A stretch of 64,000 nucleotides of DNA from a virus (IMGVR_UViG_641201006_000001:96001-160000), one strand, 5' to 3'. Shown: positions 1-11,032, counted from the first letter of the stretch. Numbers and translations: made by a program. The notes: generated by a model not told the origin, from the letters alone.

Positions 1-1767
1 CCGTGGCGAGTAGAAGTCATTCCGCACGCCTTTGACATTCCAACAAACAAAATGTTTGATACAGCTTCACTGGATGTAAAGCGTAGCGGGATTATACATT
101 ATCCGAACGGTGACATCAATGAACCAAACGATATGCACGTTCCGGAAAACTCTATGATGCGTTTTACCATTTGGGCATATGCATCATCACCACGTAAAGC
201 TGTACTGAACATTAACTACGCTGACCGTTGCGTTGTCATTGCTGATGAAGTAGTAGTCGCTACGTTCACAGATAGAGGCGGTAACTTCGGTCAAGTACCA
301 AAAGGTGTGCAAGTTCCAATGAAGCAAGGATGGACTCGTATCCAGCTTCTTATTGCGAACGAAACACAGTCCGGTGGGTTAGTGGTGAAATCAGACCTGT
401 ATGATAAGGCGGATTACTTAACGAGCCTTGATTACTTCGACGGTATGATTACGAACAAACATATCAAGCCGGGTTCGATTACAGGAGAGAACTTATCACC
501 GAACATGGATTTAGTTGTACATACGATTCATGCAACGGCGACAGATGTTCCGGGTGTTATCATTGGTAACCCTGAGGAACAAGGTATCCTGCAAATCGCT
601 GATGGTACAATCTCAAAATCCAAAGACGAGCCGTTTATCTTTAGTCATGGTATCCGTGTAAACGGAGCGATCCACGTTACGCAGTTACTTATTGACGAAG
701 ACTTTATCCGTGCCGGCGATGGTATGATTGTCAAAACACTAAAGGATGAATACGGATATACAAAGATGTATGAAATCATCAATGACCTTCGTATGCATAC
801 TGGTGGTGGTGTATCAGTCGATGGTAACGGGCAAGACGGTTACATCGTAACAAATACGATGAAGCTGAACGTTGACCCTGAGGGTGGTCTTGCAATCAGT
901 GGTAATGCAGTAGATGGTTACTGGTTATCAAATGATATGCAGCTACATTCTGACGGCGGTATTTGGGTAGAAGGAAATGCCCGCAAAGGATACCGCATTA
1001 AGAATAACATGGGGTTACGTTCTAACGTAGACTTCCTTCGTATTTTCGGAACAGCGTGGGAAGGATATAGCATTTCACTGGATGAGGATGCATTCTACAA
1101 TCGTATCAAAGAAATCATCAAGAAAGAATCGCACGTAAAGGATATCATTTCTGACATTGACTTTATTAAGATTACTGACAATGGTGACGGTGTACATCGA
1201 CTTGCAATCCCTGATTACAATAAGATGATTCCGTGGATTCAGAAAGGACAGTCCGGAATGCTACATGCATCTCCAATGCCGAACTCTATCGGGCCGGGTA
1301 TGAGATTCAATGCAGGTAACCCAATGTTCGCACAGTCTCAAGATACGAACTACTCTGTACTTGGTTTTTGGGGCGGTGAAGTTCCAGCAAACACGGCTGA
1401 TGTCATCTGCATTAGTTCACAAGGTGGTTGGACAAATTCATGGTCAGCAGTAGACTTGAAGTTCGTTATCTCGATTGAAGACCCCGGCGTATCTGGTGGC
1501 GTATGGCGTAAAGAGTTCTATCGCACCATTACGAATCAGTTAGACGGCGGAGATTCACAATGGAACAATAACGAAATGATTCATGTCATTCCGATTCCAG
1601 TTCGCGACTATTGGAGACACTGGGACTGCACATTCTATATGCGTAAGTCTAGCGGAAGCGGTTGGGTAAATGCTCGTAGCCGTGAAGCATGGACGGATCA
1701 CTCTACTCATGCTGGTAGCGTGCATACAGCAGCAATGCGTACGCAAGAAAGCTATGGAGGTCGATAA
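1..1767 (+). CDS. Tail fibre/virion protein, 5'-truncated, with Gly-rich beta repeats
   Basis: Frame is open from base 1. Repeats GGVSVDGNGQDGY / GGLAISGNAVDGY / GGIWVEGNARKGY; lies in the structural cluster. Confidence 0.55.
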   Translation, partial: PWRVEVIPHAFDIPTNKMFDTASLDVKRSGIIHYPNGDINEPNDMHVPENSMMRFTIWAYASSPRKAVLNINYADRCVVIADEVVVATFTDRGGNFGQVPKGVQVPMKQGWTRIQLLIANETQSGGLVVKSDLYDKADYLTSLDYFDGMITNKHIKPGSITGENLSPNMDLVVHTIHATATDVPGVIIGNPEEQGILQIADGTISKSKDEPFIFSHGIRVNGAIHVTQLLIDEDFIRAGDGMIVKTLKDEYGYTKMYEIINDLRMHTGGGVSVDGNGQDGYIVTNTMKLNVDPEGGLAISGNAVDGYWLSNDMQLHSDGGIWVEGNARKGYRIKNNMGLRSNVDFLRIFGTAWEGYSISLDEDAFYNRIKEIIKKESHVKDIISDIDFIKITDNGDGVHRLAIPDYNKMIPWIQKGQSGMLHASPMPNSIGPGMRFNAGNPMFAQSQDTNYSVLGFWGGEVPANTADVICISSQGGWTNSWSAVDLKFVISIEDPGVSGGVWRKEFYRTITNQLDGGDSQWNNNEMIHVIPIPVRDYWRHWDCTFYMRKSSGSGWVNARSREAWTDHSTHAGSVHTAAMRTQESYGGR

Positions 1768-1768
1768 T

Positions 1769-2251
1769 ATGGAGAAGGAATTTATAGACGTAGGCGTGCT
1801 TACCTTAAAGGGTAAGCGCCTCTGCGGTTTTACAACCAAGATGGTAGAAAAGAAAGAAAAGCGTTACTTATTAGATACGCATGATGGCATGTTTACTCAT
1901 ACACACGTTGACATGAATATTATTAATCTATTAAGTCAGCGCATGAATATGTACTGTTACTATGAAGATGGAAAGATCAAGAACCAAACGAAATTGTATG
2001 GCTCTATCGACAAGAAAGAAGTTGTCGCAGAAGGTGATGACTACCTGACTTACACACTGGAAACAGATGAACAGACAGATGTGTTCATTACGTTCGTTGT
2101 TGGCAACAAAGCACAAACATCTCATGCTACCTACCATCCAGTGGACGGCGTAGTCACAGTTGAGATTGACCCTAAAGCCATTGGGGAGATTCGCATTTGC
2201 ACCATCTCGGATACAGCATATTCGGAGGATGTTACAGCAAAAGTGATATAG
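1769..2251 (+). CDS. Hypothetical virion-associated protein
   Basis: GGAGG RBS before ATG 1769, coupled to the upstream stop. Confidence 0.6.
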   Translation: MEKEFIDVGVLTLKGKRLCGFTTKMVEKKEKRYLLDTHDGMFTHTHVDMNIINLLSQRMNMYCYYEDGKIKNQTKLYGSIDKKEVVAEGDDYLTYTLETDEQTDVFITFVVGNKAQTSHATYHPVDGVVTVEIDPKAIGEIRICTISDTAYSEDVTAKVI

Positions 2252-2261
2252 GAGTGATACG

Positions 2262-2423
2262 ATGAAATTCACAGAGAAGAATGGACGTATCGTAATTGAG
2301 CCGGAAACTATCGACGCAGAATCTATTGAGTTAGAAGAACTTCGTCGTGACAAGGATGCTCAAAAAGAAACAGAACGTAAACTTGCTATTGTATTAGATA
2401 AGTTAGGACTTACAGATGTGTAG
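2262..2423 (+). CDS. 53-aa protein (MKFTEKNGRIVIEPE...LGLTDV), not in the ORF track
   Basis: GGAGTG RBS, ATG 2262, TAG 2421-2423; fills the intergenic gap. Confidence 0.65.
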   Translation: MKFTEKNGRIVIEPETIDAESIELEELRRDKDAQKETERKLAIVLDKLGLTDV

Positions 2424-2457
2424 GAGACTGTTATAATGACAGTAGTGAGGTGACGAG

Positions 2458-4725
2458 ATGAATAATATAAAACAATCTACGGCGAGTATGGATGACACTC
2501 GCCGTAATATGATATACAAACTCTTAGAAGAACGGTACAAATACAAGGAAGTACCGAAGTATTACATTGAGCAGGAAGTAGACTTCTTCTTAGAACAGCT
2601 CAAGGACGGTAAAGCAATTTTAACAACACGACCACAATCAGAACTGACAAACGCCGAAGACATTAATCTTGAAATGTTGGAGTCGGAGATTGATATACAT
2701 ACAATCTATGCGCAGTTAGAACATGTTGAGAGTCAAATGAATCAACACCAAACATTAAACAGTTCTATCATTAATGATATACAGGCTCGTGTTTATAAAG
2801 CAGATGAACGCATGGCTGAAATCTCATGGCAATTGCGTGAAGATGCGGTACACGTTGCTTACTATGATACGTTCCTTGATATGGGTAACATGGAGAAGGA
2901 CGGTAAGTTTTATACAGACCGTGATGGTGTGCAGGTTGCACCGGGTTGGTATTCTACACTAGACACGAACCATAATGCAATTAAGCTACCAATGATCTAC
3001 ACGGAGAATCAGCTTATGAGTTTTTCCGGTGTGAAGTTAGCAGAAGTGAAAATCAATAAGCAACTTGGCGGAGGATTCATTCGTAGACGTAACCCGGAAC
3101 ACACGCCTGATAAAATGATTGACGACAGTATGAATACCTATTGGAGTGAATCGGTGTACATGGATGAACCGTTCAGAGTCAATATGGGCATTGACAATTA
3201 TGACATCAATTTCGGAGCGATGTGTGAATTAGAAATCGTATTCGATTATGTATCCAATGTAAATGAGATTACCTTCACGCCGTTCACTGAGTTCCCGATG
3301 CAAGTCGTGGCAATACTGGCTTACACAACAGATAATCCTGATGAGGAGCCGTATGAACTAATCAGTCCAACGAACGTGAAGAAGGGAAAAGAAAGTGCAG
3401 ATGTGATGAGCTTCCAGTTCCAAAACATCGTAGCCAAACGAATGAAAATTATCCTGAACCAACAGCACTATACAAAACGTGATGTACTGATTGATGTGGA
3501 TGATAAGACGTTAGTCGATGCGTGGCTAGATGTACAAGAGAAGCCGAAGATTGCACCTGACACAATCTTTAAACCTGTTTACCATGACCAGCTAGAGATG
3601 AACCCGCAGTGGGAATACATGAAGCGTTACTTGTCACACAAAGATATTGCAGAGGAGATTCAGAAATATGAAGATGCTGATGCAAAGAATAAGATGCAAG
3701 TTTCGAAGTATGAATACCAGTACGGATTATACAATGTGGCAATTCGTAAAAACAATTATTATCATACCGGTATTAACGTCACAAAACCTTTGGCTCATGC
3801 AAACGTTAGATACGTATCGCTCGAAGCAAAAGAAGAACACCCAATCCTAGAAGAGATTGAGATTCCTGTTACGGGTGTTGAATACTATATCACCGATACA
3901 GAGAATCCAACGAAGGACGACTGGATTCCTATCTTGCCGAAGAATATCAGACGCATAGGATCAGAGCGACTTATCGTTGAGTTCAAGAAAGAGAAGTACC
4001 AAGCGATGACGTTGTTCCCGTCTAAACATACGTATGCAGTACGTAAGAACGGCGGAGACTTATTACCGATTACAGATTACACGGTAAGTGGTCGTAACGT
4101 TGTGATTAAAGAGTATGACCCAACGGCAATGTACACAATTGATTACGAGCCGGATGCGTCTGCTTATGAAGTAGACTTCCTAAAACGATATACGAAAACA
4201 GAACTGATTCCATCTGAGAAGAAAATCATTTCGTACATCGACCCTCGTAAGAACATTGAGACATTCAAAGAGTTCGAGAATGGTAATGTCGTAACATTAA
4301 AGTATCATCCATTCATCGACAAGGATAAACTGAACGTTCAGCCGATAGATTGGAATCCAAGTATGTTGTCTAGTAAGTACCTACCGGTTGTCGTACGTGT
4401 TACACTGCCGAATGGTAAACTTGTTCAGCAACGTACAGACAAGTGGGATAAGACAGACATCTACCTTGTGAACCGCACAGACTACTTTGATACAAACAAG
4501 AGTCTGCTGGAACCATTCACAGGCAAGAACTATCAGTACCGTGTAGAAGATAACAAGATTAAATTTAATACAGTCCTACCAAAAGGAACAAAGGTTACAG
4601 TAGAGTATCCGTATTTAACTGGCCCTATTCGTTTGAAGACGATTCTAAGACGTAACCTTCCTGATGCAGAAGGATTAACACCGTTCTTGCATGAGTATAA
4701 AATCGGACTACAAACATTACGATAG
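2458..4725 (+). CDS. Large virion structural protein (baseplate/tail-like), paralog family member
   Basis: 755 aa, GAGGTG RBS; N-terminal coiled-coil motif shared with downstream genes. Confidence 0.6.
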   Translation: MNNIKQSTASMDDTRRNMIYKLLEERYKYKEVPKYYIEQEVDFFLEQLKDGKAILTTRPQSELTNAEDINLEMLESEIDIHTIYAQLEHVESQMNQHQTLNSSIINDIQARVYKADERMAEISWQLREDAVHVAYYDTFLDMGNMEKDGKFYTDRDGVQVAPGWYSTLDTNHNAIKLPMIYTENQLMSFSGVKLAEVKINKQLGGGFIRRRNPEHTPDKMIDDSMNTYWSESVYMDEPFRVNMGIDNYDINFGAMCELEIVFDYVSNVNEITFTPFTEFPMQVVAILAYTTDNPDEEPYELISPTNVKKGKESADVMSFQFQNIVAKRMKIILNQQHYTKRDVLIDVDDKTLVDAWLDVQEKPKIAPDTIFKPVYHDQLEMNPQWEYMKRYLSHKDIAEEIQKYEDADAKNKMQVSKYEYQYGLYNVAIRKNNYYHTGINVTKPLAHANVRYVSLEAKEEHPILEEIEIPVTGVEYYITDTENPTKDDWIPILPKNIRRIGSERLIVEFKKEKYQAMTLFPSKHTYAVRKNGGDLLPITDYTVSGRNVVIKEYDPTAMYTIDYEPDASAYEVDFLKRYTKTELIPSEKKIISYIDPRKNIETFKEFENGNVVTLKYHPFIDKDKLNVQPIDWNPSMLSSKYLPVVVRVTLPNGKLVQQRTDKWDKTDIYLVNRTDYFDTNKSLLEPFTGKNYQYRVEDNKIKFNTVLPKGTKVTVEYPYLTGPIRLKTILRRNLPDAEGLTPFLHEYKIGLQTLR

Positions 4726-4735
4726 GAGGCACAGC

Positions 4736-6511
4736 ATGAATACTGATTTATTAATTAAGAAACGTATGGAACTGACGAAAGATCGTATGCTGCAAATCCT
4801 AAAGGACTTACGTAACCAGTATCAGCGGGGGCAAATTCAGTCACCCGCTGAACTACAGCATAAGGTATATCGTGAGTTGCAAAAGTTCTATGACACGATT
4901 GGAAAGTCCACTCTTGAAATTATCGAAGCATGGGGGCCTCCGTATAGTGAAGACCACAATGCCATGATGGAACAGATACTTAATGACTTCGTTATGTTGT
5001 ACGGCGAGATTACGATGTTAACGGACGATGTAAAAGCTGGCTTTGACCAAACAGAGGTAGAGCGCAAAAGCTTTGAGAAGCAAATGCAGGAGATTGAATC
5101 GAACATTAATAACCTGATGCCCGCAGCGAAAGACGTATCCGACATCATGGTATTCCGTGAGGACTTTACCACAACGGATAAGTTCGACAAGGATGCAGTA
5201 GATGGAACGGTTGCGACGATTATGACAGACGGTGGTATTTTAACACTCGGTCATATGATGGCAGAACACTTTAATGAGTATGCCTACATTCGACTGAAAA
5301 GCGGTAACGGATTCCCCGGTAACAGTCGCATCATTCGTTCTACAGGGCAAGGGTTAAAGTATGACGGTGAAGGCAACCTGCATTTAACACTGTCTCATGT
5401 TCTCGACCAAAATGCTGATACATGGTTTGAATACGAGAACTTCCAATTAACAAGGCAAGCCGATGACAAAACAAAGCGTATGAACTTTACATACAAAGAA
5501 GGAATGAAGTGGGCGCAGGATGAGTACATCAAAATGGATCCGCTTGAACTTGTAGTAGAAATCTCATTCCCGAAAGAGCGTAAGCTAAACTGGTTTACGA
5601 TAGACCCGTACATTCCGCCGGAGCGTGGGTCAGTTGGAGCAAAGATAAGTAAGATAGTAGTGGATGATGGTAAGGGTCACATACAGGCAATTACATATGA
5701 AGAAATGATGGAGAAGAAGAAGGGGTATCTATTTGAAACGCAGAATGTGTCCACCATTACCATGTATCTTCGTCAAGACACGCATTATATGACGAACATA
5801 GGTCACGTATTCTATCTTGACTCCAACAAAGATATATTGAAAGCACTAGAGGATTTATCAGAATGGGCTGGCGCTCGTGTATATGGAAAGGAAGTACCGT
5901 CGGTCACGAACCTCGGCGTAAGATTCCATAGTAATACAAATACAATTGAGTATCCGGGCTTGAAGTACGGAGAAGAGATTCCAAACGATGCAGAGCGCAA
6001 ACGTGCGTTATACACAATTCCGAAAGTAGATAGTACAATGCTTGTCGGATTAGAATCGGTAACAGCGAAGCGATGGATGATTGGACTTCGTGATGCATCT
6101 ATGTCTTGCTATCAGTTCGCTGACGTAAGCCAATACATATCCAAGCCGTTCTACTCGGATGCACCGATTGAAGAGTTACAGCTTGATGCTAACTACAGTT
6201 TCCCTACATCGTTTGCGGAAGGGGATTACGTAGAGTTTCATATTAGTATCGACGACGGTCAGAACTGGCATCGCATTCATCGTAAGAATGAACACATCAA
6301 AGATACGAAGATTAAATATCTCATTAACTCTGATGTGCCGGAGGAAGCACGACTACCTGACGTTGGCTATTTAGAAAGCCTTCATGAAGTCCATGAAGTA
6401 CGAGTGAAGATAAAACTCACACGCCCGAATACGAAGTATGATTACAACTTCTATTCACCGATGGTATTTGATTATGAGTTGTATGCGAAAGTAACAGAGG
6501 GGGCGATCTAA
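4736..6511 (+). CDS. Virion structural protein, paralog family member
   Basis: AGGAGG RBS before ATG 4736; motif GPPYSEDHN...DFVMLY. Confidence 0.6.
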   Translation: MNTDLLIKKRMELTKDRMLQILKDLRNQYQRGQIQSPAELQHKVYRELQKFYDTIGKSTLEIIEAWGPPYSEDHNAMMEQILNDFVMLYGEITMLTDDVKAGFDQTEVERKSFEKQMQEIESNINNLMPAAKDVSDIMVFREDFTTTDKFDKDAVDGTVATIMTDGGILTLGHMMAEHFNEYAYIRLKSGNGFPGNSRIIRSTGQGLKYDGEGNLHLTLSHVLDQNADTWFEYENFQLTRQADDKTKRMNFTYKEGMKWAQDEYIKMDPLELVVEISFPKERKLNWFTIDPYIPPERGSVGAKISKIVVDDGKGHIQAITYEEMMEKKKGYLFETQNVSTITMYLRQDTHYMTNIGHVFYLDSNKDILKALEDLSEWAGARVYGKEVPSVTNLGVRFHSNTNTIEYPGLKYGEEIPNDAERKRALYTIPKVDSTMLVGLESVTAKRWMIGLRDASMSCYQFADVSQYISKPFYSDAPIEELQLDANYSFPTSFAEGDYVEFHISIDDGQNWHRIHRKNEHIKDTKIKYLINSDVPEEARLPDVGYLESLHEVHEVRVKIKLTRPNTKYDYNFYSPMVFDYELYAKVTEGAI

Positions 6512-8571
6512 TGATACGAGATACACAACGAGCATTAGTTCAAAAGGAAGTATTACAATCCAAGTTGCGTGAAGGCATTAGCCCTAGCGCTCTTGTGATT
6601 GACCAATTGGTACAGGAAGCATTCCGTGTAAAGCCTGAGGGCGTACCACGTTTTACTTACCGTGAAATGCCAAAGGGTCAAGTATCTTCCGTTGAAGATT
6701 ACAATACTCTATTTAAAGAATTGGGATTCGATTTAGAGGTAGCCTTTGAAGAGAATCGTTATTTAAACAATCGTCTGATGGCGGTTACGTCGTACTACGA
6801 AACAGAACGTAGACGTATTAATAAAGAGTTAGCACGTATTACAGAAAAGACGAAGTGGGTACAGATGAAGCAAGAAGCTGCTACGAATACAGAAGTAGTT
6901 GGCGATACGTTGCAGAACTTCCTGCACATCGACTTTCACGGGGACGAGAAGCGTAACATCCCGCAGACAAATGCATTCGTTGATTTAGTCAACAGCAATG
7001 TACAGATGATGCGAGTAGCGAAACAGACGATCAAGCACGACTTAACAAAGGCGAAGCTAAACTTCTACGCTGAAAGTCCGGAGTTCCCTATCATTCATTT
7101 AACACCAGTCGAAAGTGCCATGCAGGATACCATCTATGATTCATGGAGAGCTATCGTGATAAATAAACTGGCTACCAATCTCAATTCATTCCTTGATGCA
7201 GAACTGCCTGAACCAGTGCCGGCAACGAATGTTTCGATTGATACGCAAGTCGGGAATCCCGTATTCGTTACACTCTTCTTATCAAAGGACGGGAAAGTAT
7301 TCTTACCACTGGAACGTAGAAAAATTATTAACACGTATCAGTGGAACTTTGAACGACAAGAGGTAAAGGCAATACGATTCCAATTCGAGAAGAAGGAAGA
7401 AGATAGAGCGAACGGCAGTGACTATGAATACTTATTCGGAGCGAAGAACATTACACTCATGGAAGAGAAGTACATGGATAAGTCCTATTTTGTATCACAA
7501 CCATTTGACCTACCTGACCATGAAGACATTGAAAAGGTATCACTAGAAATTGATGACCTAACACCAGCAGGTACAAACATTCGCTACTATGTGGGACGAG
7601 ATTACGAGGATAACGTAATTGAATGGGAAGAGTTGCGTAAGGATAGACCGATTGTCAGTGACCAAATCAAGAGTCGTCGTATTGATATTAATAAGTACAC
7701 GCCGGGATACGGTAAGCTGATTAATGAAACGTTCGGTCAGAACTTCCATGCGATTGCAACACTACCGCACCGACCACTCAAGAAAAGCATGAAGCTGATG
7801 ATTGGTCGTAACATGTGGCTACGTGAAACGATACCTGCACCTTTTACACACGATGCCAATGATGATACAAACAAGACTGTTTATCAAACATCGGTAAAGG
7901 ACTGGGTGAGGATCGGCACGCCGAAGAAAGAATATGTACGTGTAAACAACAGAGTAGACTACTTGCAGAAGGATACCTTCCAGCGTTACACGACATTCAT
8001 CTACATGGATGACCCGCAGAACTATCGTGCGATTATCAGTACAGGAGAGAACTCCTCACACATTGCTTTATTAAACGGAGCAGAACTGAAACTTGTGGGA
8101 GACAATTACAACCTATCCTTACAAAAGGGATGGAACAAACTACAGGTGTATGCATATGCACAAGACATTGGAGAAGAGATTGTTTTAGACTTCTTTACAC
8201 CGCAAATGTCATCACGTATCTATGCTGATAAAAACCCTCTTCAACAGGTGTCAATGTATGATATGCTAAATAATACGAACAGTCGTCTGAATGGACGATT
8301 CGCCGTAGATGAGAACAACAACGTCGTCGTGAACTATCACCCTCGTATTGCAGATGTCGCACACGGTTTAACAAAACCAATGGGGCAAACACTAGAGGAA
8401 GCACAAAACGGCGTACAGCTTGCAGAGGGCGTGGAATACACGCTTCAATATAAGTATTCTCTACGTAAAGAACGACACCATAAGCTACGCTTTATGGGTA
8501 TCTTAACGAAAGAGAAAGAACGTATTGAAACAACTCCTAGCTTCAAAGGTTACAAGTTGATTGTGGAATAG
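6511..8571 (+). CDS. Virion structural protein, paralog family member
   Basis: 686 aa, stop/start overlap with the previous gene; motif SSVEDYN...DLEVAF. Confidence 0.6.
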   Translation: MIRDTQRALVQKEVLQSKLREGISPSALVIDQLVQEAFRVKPEGVPRFTYREMPKGQVSSVEDYNTLFKELGFDLEVAFEENRYLNNRLMAVTSYYETERRRINKELARITEKTKWVQMKQEAATNTEVVGDTLQNFLHIDFHGDEKRNIPQTNAFVDLVNSNVQMMRVAKQTIKHDLTKAKLNFYAESPEFPIIHLTPVESAMQDTIYDSWRAIVINKLATNLNSFLDAELPEPVPATNVSIDTQVGNPVFVTLFLSKDGKVFLPLERRKIINTYQWNFERQEVKAIRFQFEKKEEDRANGSDYEYLFGAKNITLMEEKYMDKSYFVSQPFDLPDHEDIEKVSLEIDDLTPAGTNIRYYVGRDYEDNVIEWEELRKDRPIVSDQIKSRRIDINKYTPGYGKLINETFGQNFHAIATLPHRPLKKSMKLMIGRNMWLRETIPAPFTHDANDDTNKTVYQTSVKDWVRIGTPKKEYVRVNNRVDYLQKDTFQRYTTFIYMDDPQNYRAIISTGENSSHIALLNGAELKLVGDNYNLSLQKGWNKLQVYAYAQDIGEEIVLDFFTPQMSSRIYADKNPLQQVSMYDMLNNTNSRLNGRFAVDENNNVVVNYHPRIADVAHGLTKPMGQTLEEAQNGVQLAEGVEYTLQYKYSLRKERHHKLRFMGILTKEKERIETTPSFKGYKLIVE

Positions 8572-8582
8572 GAGGATGGAAT

Positions 8583-8831
8583 GTGAAGTATCCTGAGATT
8601 GTAAAAACCAATGCTCGTTACCGTGGCCCACGAGAAAGTCGTAAGCAAAGTAATTCCAAACGTGACATAGAAGCATCTCTCTCGGTGCTTAGAAAAGAAC
8701 TAAGCGTGAGAAGAAAAGTTGGAGAGGAACTACGTAAAGACATGTTTACATTGTATAATGAAACTATACCCCGTCAGCGTACCGAAGTAATTAACGGGGT
8801 ACTCTCTGTGAAAGGAGGTGAGTTACAATGA
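8583..8831 (+). CDS. Small structural-cluster protein
   Basis: GGAGG RBS, GTG start; motif RYRGPRES. Confidence 0.55.
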   Translation: MKYPEIVKTNARYRGPRESRKQSNSKRDIEASLSVLRKELSVRRKVGEELRKDMFTLYNETIPRQRTEVINGVLSVKGGELQ

Positions 8832-10024
8832 CACATGCGCCGTTTTATAGCGGACAATCAGAACGCTTTAGAAGTAAAGCAGAATCCAGTAGGTACAACC
8901 AGCACGTTGACGAAACGCTATACGACATCACGGAGCTATGTAATATAGCAAATGAGCTAGAAAGGGAACAGGAACGGACAAGAGCATTCTTCGAAGTCGG
9001 TTCTCATTTCGCTCAAGAGCAGATGGATCAGATGAAGCGTGAGCTACAAACTCTACAGGAAGATATGACTGCGCTGCAACGTCCCGGTAAAGAATACATC
9101 AAAGTATTATTACCGTCCGATGCAAGGCACGACAGTAGTGTTGATGAATATGAGAGAGCCTTAATCGACTTACAACATGACATCATCACGCTTCCGTTCT
9201 CATCTTATTCCAGTTCCAAGCTATATATCCACGACGATATAGACTCGGAGTACATCGTACCGAATACACTTCGTTATGACATTACACCGAAAGCGGATGG
9301 AATCACAATCAAGGAGAACGACTTCATTGATGCGTTAACCCCGGATGACACTAAGTTTTGGCATCGTAGTTATACATACTTCTCCGGTTTAAAGGACTCG
9401 GTAGATGCACAGATCATCGTGGAACTACCTGACGACATTATTTCAAACCGTGATGTAAACACGATATTTATTCATCCGTTTCCATTAAATACGATGGACA
9501 TCATGAATGTAGAGTATCAGTTGGATGCAGGTTGGAAATCTGTACCCGGATTTAAACCAATCGAGAATGCAGGGAATGTAAAGTTCTGTTTCCCACCAAC
9601 TGAGATACGACAAATACGTGTTAGCCTTCGTCAGCGTCACTTTGTTACAAAAGGGAATCAACATACATTCCATATGGGGATTCGTGAGATTGGCGTTTCA
9701 CACAGTGACTATCAGCTTGAGGTAGCACGATTTGAAATACCTGTCTCATTCAATAATGCTTTTCTAACAAAAGAGATTCTCGATATACAACCGGTATACC
9801 AAAACGAGCAAGCATTGTCTGTATACCAAAAGGAAACAAAACTCACATCCTTTAAAGTATATGAGATAGGAGAGAACGGCAAAGAACGATACTTAAATGA
9901 TACCTTCCCTGTTCAAGTGAGAGAGAAGAAAATACTCATCAAGTGTCTCATTGCCTTCGACCCGAACACTCGAACCGCACCTGCGATAAGAGGCATCGAG
10001 TTGACATACAAAGGCGACTCGTAA
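8828..10024 (+). CDS. Virion structural protein, paralog family member
   Basis: AAGGAGGTG RBS; motif ESSRYN...DITEL. Confidence 0.6.
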   Translation: MTHAPFYSGQSERFRSKAESSRYNQHVDETLYDITELCNIANELEREQERTRAFFEVGSHFAQEQMDQMKRELQTLQEDMTALQRPGKEYIKVLLPSDARHDSSVDEYERALIDLQHDIITLPFSSYSSSKLYIHDDIDSEYIVPNTLRYDITPKADGITIKENDFIDALTPDDTKFWHRSYTYFSGLKDSVDAQIIVELPDDIISNRDVNTIFIHPFPLNTMDIMNVEYQLDAGWKSVPGFKPIENAGNVKFCFPPTEIRQIRVSLRQRHFVTKGNQHTFHMGIREIGVSHSDYQLEVARFEIPVSFNNAFLTKEILDIQPVYQNEQALSVYQKETKLTSFKVYEIGENGKERYLNDTFPVQVREKKILIKCLIAFDPNTRTAPAIRGIELTYKGDS

Positions 10025-10048
10025 TCTTCCCTTGAGGGGGTTAACACA

Positions 10049-10456
10049 ATGAAACCATTACGAAAAATACGAGATTGGTATAAGCGTGCCTTTCACAATG
10101 TAAAGATTATCGAATCAGCAATCGTAGGTTGCTTATTATGGTGGGCTTTCATTTTGATTGTGCCGTTAAATACATTTGAAACAAGTATTGCATATGAAGC
10201 GATGGCCGGAATCGCAAGTGAGGAGGTGTGGTCTGGTGCATTCTTCATTGTTGGAATACTGGCACTCTATGGTATGCTGACAGAGCGTTATTGGATCCGG
10301 CAGGTTGCGTTAGTTTTATCTAGCGGGCTATGGTTCTTTGTAGCGTCCATGTTTGCCATTAGTACATTGGCAACGACAGGAACTGGGATTTATTTCATAG
10401 TAGCCTGTTTAAATGCCTACGTGGTATATAAAGTAGGTGAGGAATATGGGAACTAG
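10049..10456 (+). CDS. 4-TM membrane protein (holin-like)
   Basis: Four hydrophobic segments; at the end of the structural operon. Confidence 0.5.
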   Translation: MKPLRKIRDWYKRAFHNVKIIESAIVGCLLWWAFILIVPLNTFETSIAYEAMAGIASEEVWSGAFFIVGILALYGMLTERYWIRQVALVLSSGLWFFVASMFAISTLATTGTGIYFIVACLNAYVVYKVGEEYGN

Positions 10457-10730
10457 CGTAATCGTTTCTATCATATCTGGACTTGGCGTAATCGGTGCTG
10501 CTATTCTTTCTTACTTCGGTCAGAAGAAAGGTTCCGTTGCGACGTCCGAGCAAAAATTCCGTGAAGACATTCTTGCACAAAACGAGAAGTTACAACGGAG
10601 AGTAGATGAACTTGAACAGACAATAACCAACATGCGAATTGAGAACCGTAAACTTCAACTCAAAGTCATCGACCTTGAGGATGAAAGGAAAGGTGGTGCG
10701 TCTCGTGAAGTGGCTGACGTTTCTGAATGA
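10446..10730 (+). CDS. TM plus coiled-coil protein (holin-associated/XhlA-like)
   Basis: N-terminal TM helix followed by heptad repeats; AGGTGA RBS. Confidence 0.5.
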   Translation: MGTSVIVSIISGLGVIGAAILSYFGQKKGSVATSEQKFREDILAQNEKLQRRVDELEQTITNMRIENRKLQLKVIDLEDERKGGASREVADVSE

Positions 10731-10950
10731 CGAGGATGGATTCTCATCTAAGGACTTCATAATGGTCGCATTCATTTGTACGTACTTGATTGAGCAGACG
10801 GCAGTATTTATATACTCGTTATATGGTACTGTCGATTCTGACACTCTCAAGATTGTATCTTCATTAGATCCAATCGTCATGACGGTTATTGGTGGTATAT
10901 TCTCTGTTCATGCAGTAAAAGAATTTAAGAAAGACAGCGAGTCAAAGTAA
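10705..10950 (+). CDS. Putative holin (2 TM, charged C-terminus)
   Basis: GTG start after AAAGGTGG; MKWLTFLNDEDGFSSKDF..., two TMs, KEFKKDSESK tail. Confidence 0.55.
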   Translation: MKWLTFLNDEDGFSSKDFIMVAFICTYLIEQTAVFIYSLYGTVDSDTLKIVSSLDPIVMTVIGGIFSVHAVKEFKKDSESK

Positions 10951-10970
10951 TACATACTCCTTTCACAGAG

Positions 10971-11001
10971 TGGCAGTCCTTCGGGGCTGTCATTTATTTT
11001 T
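10971..11001 (+). terminator. Rho-independent terminator
   Basis: TGGCAGTCC-TTCG-GGGCTGTCA followed by a T-rich run. Confidence 0.8.
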
Positions 11002-11032
11002 ATGTCATAAATAAAAAATGTTACAAAAACCG

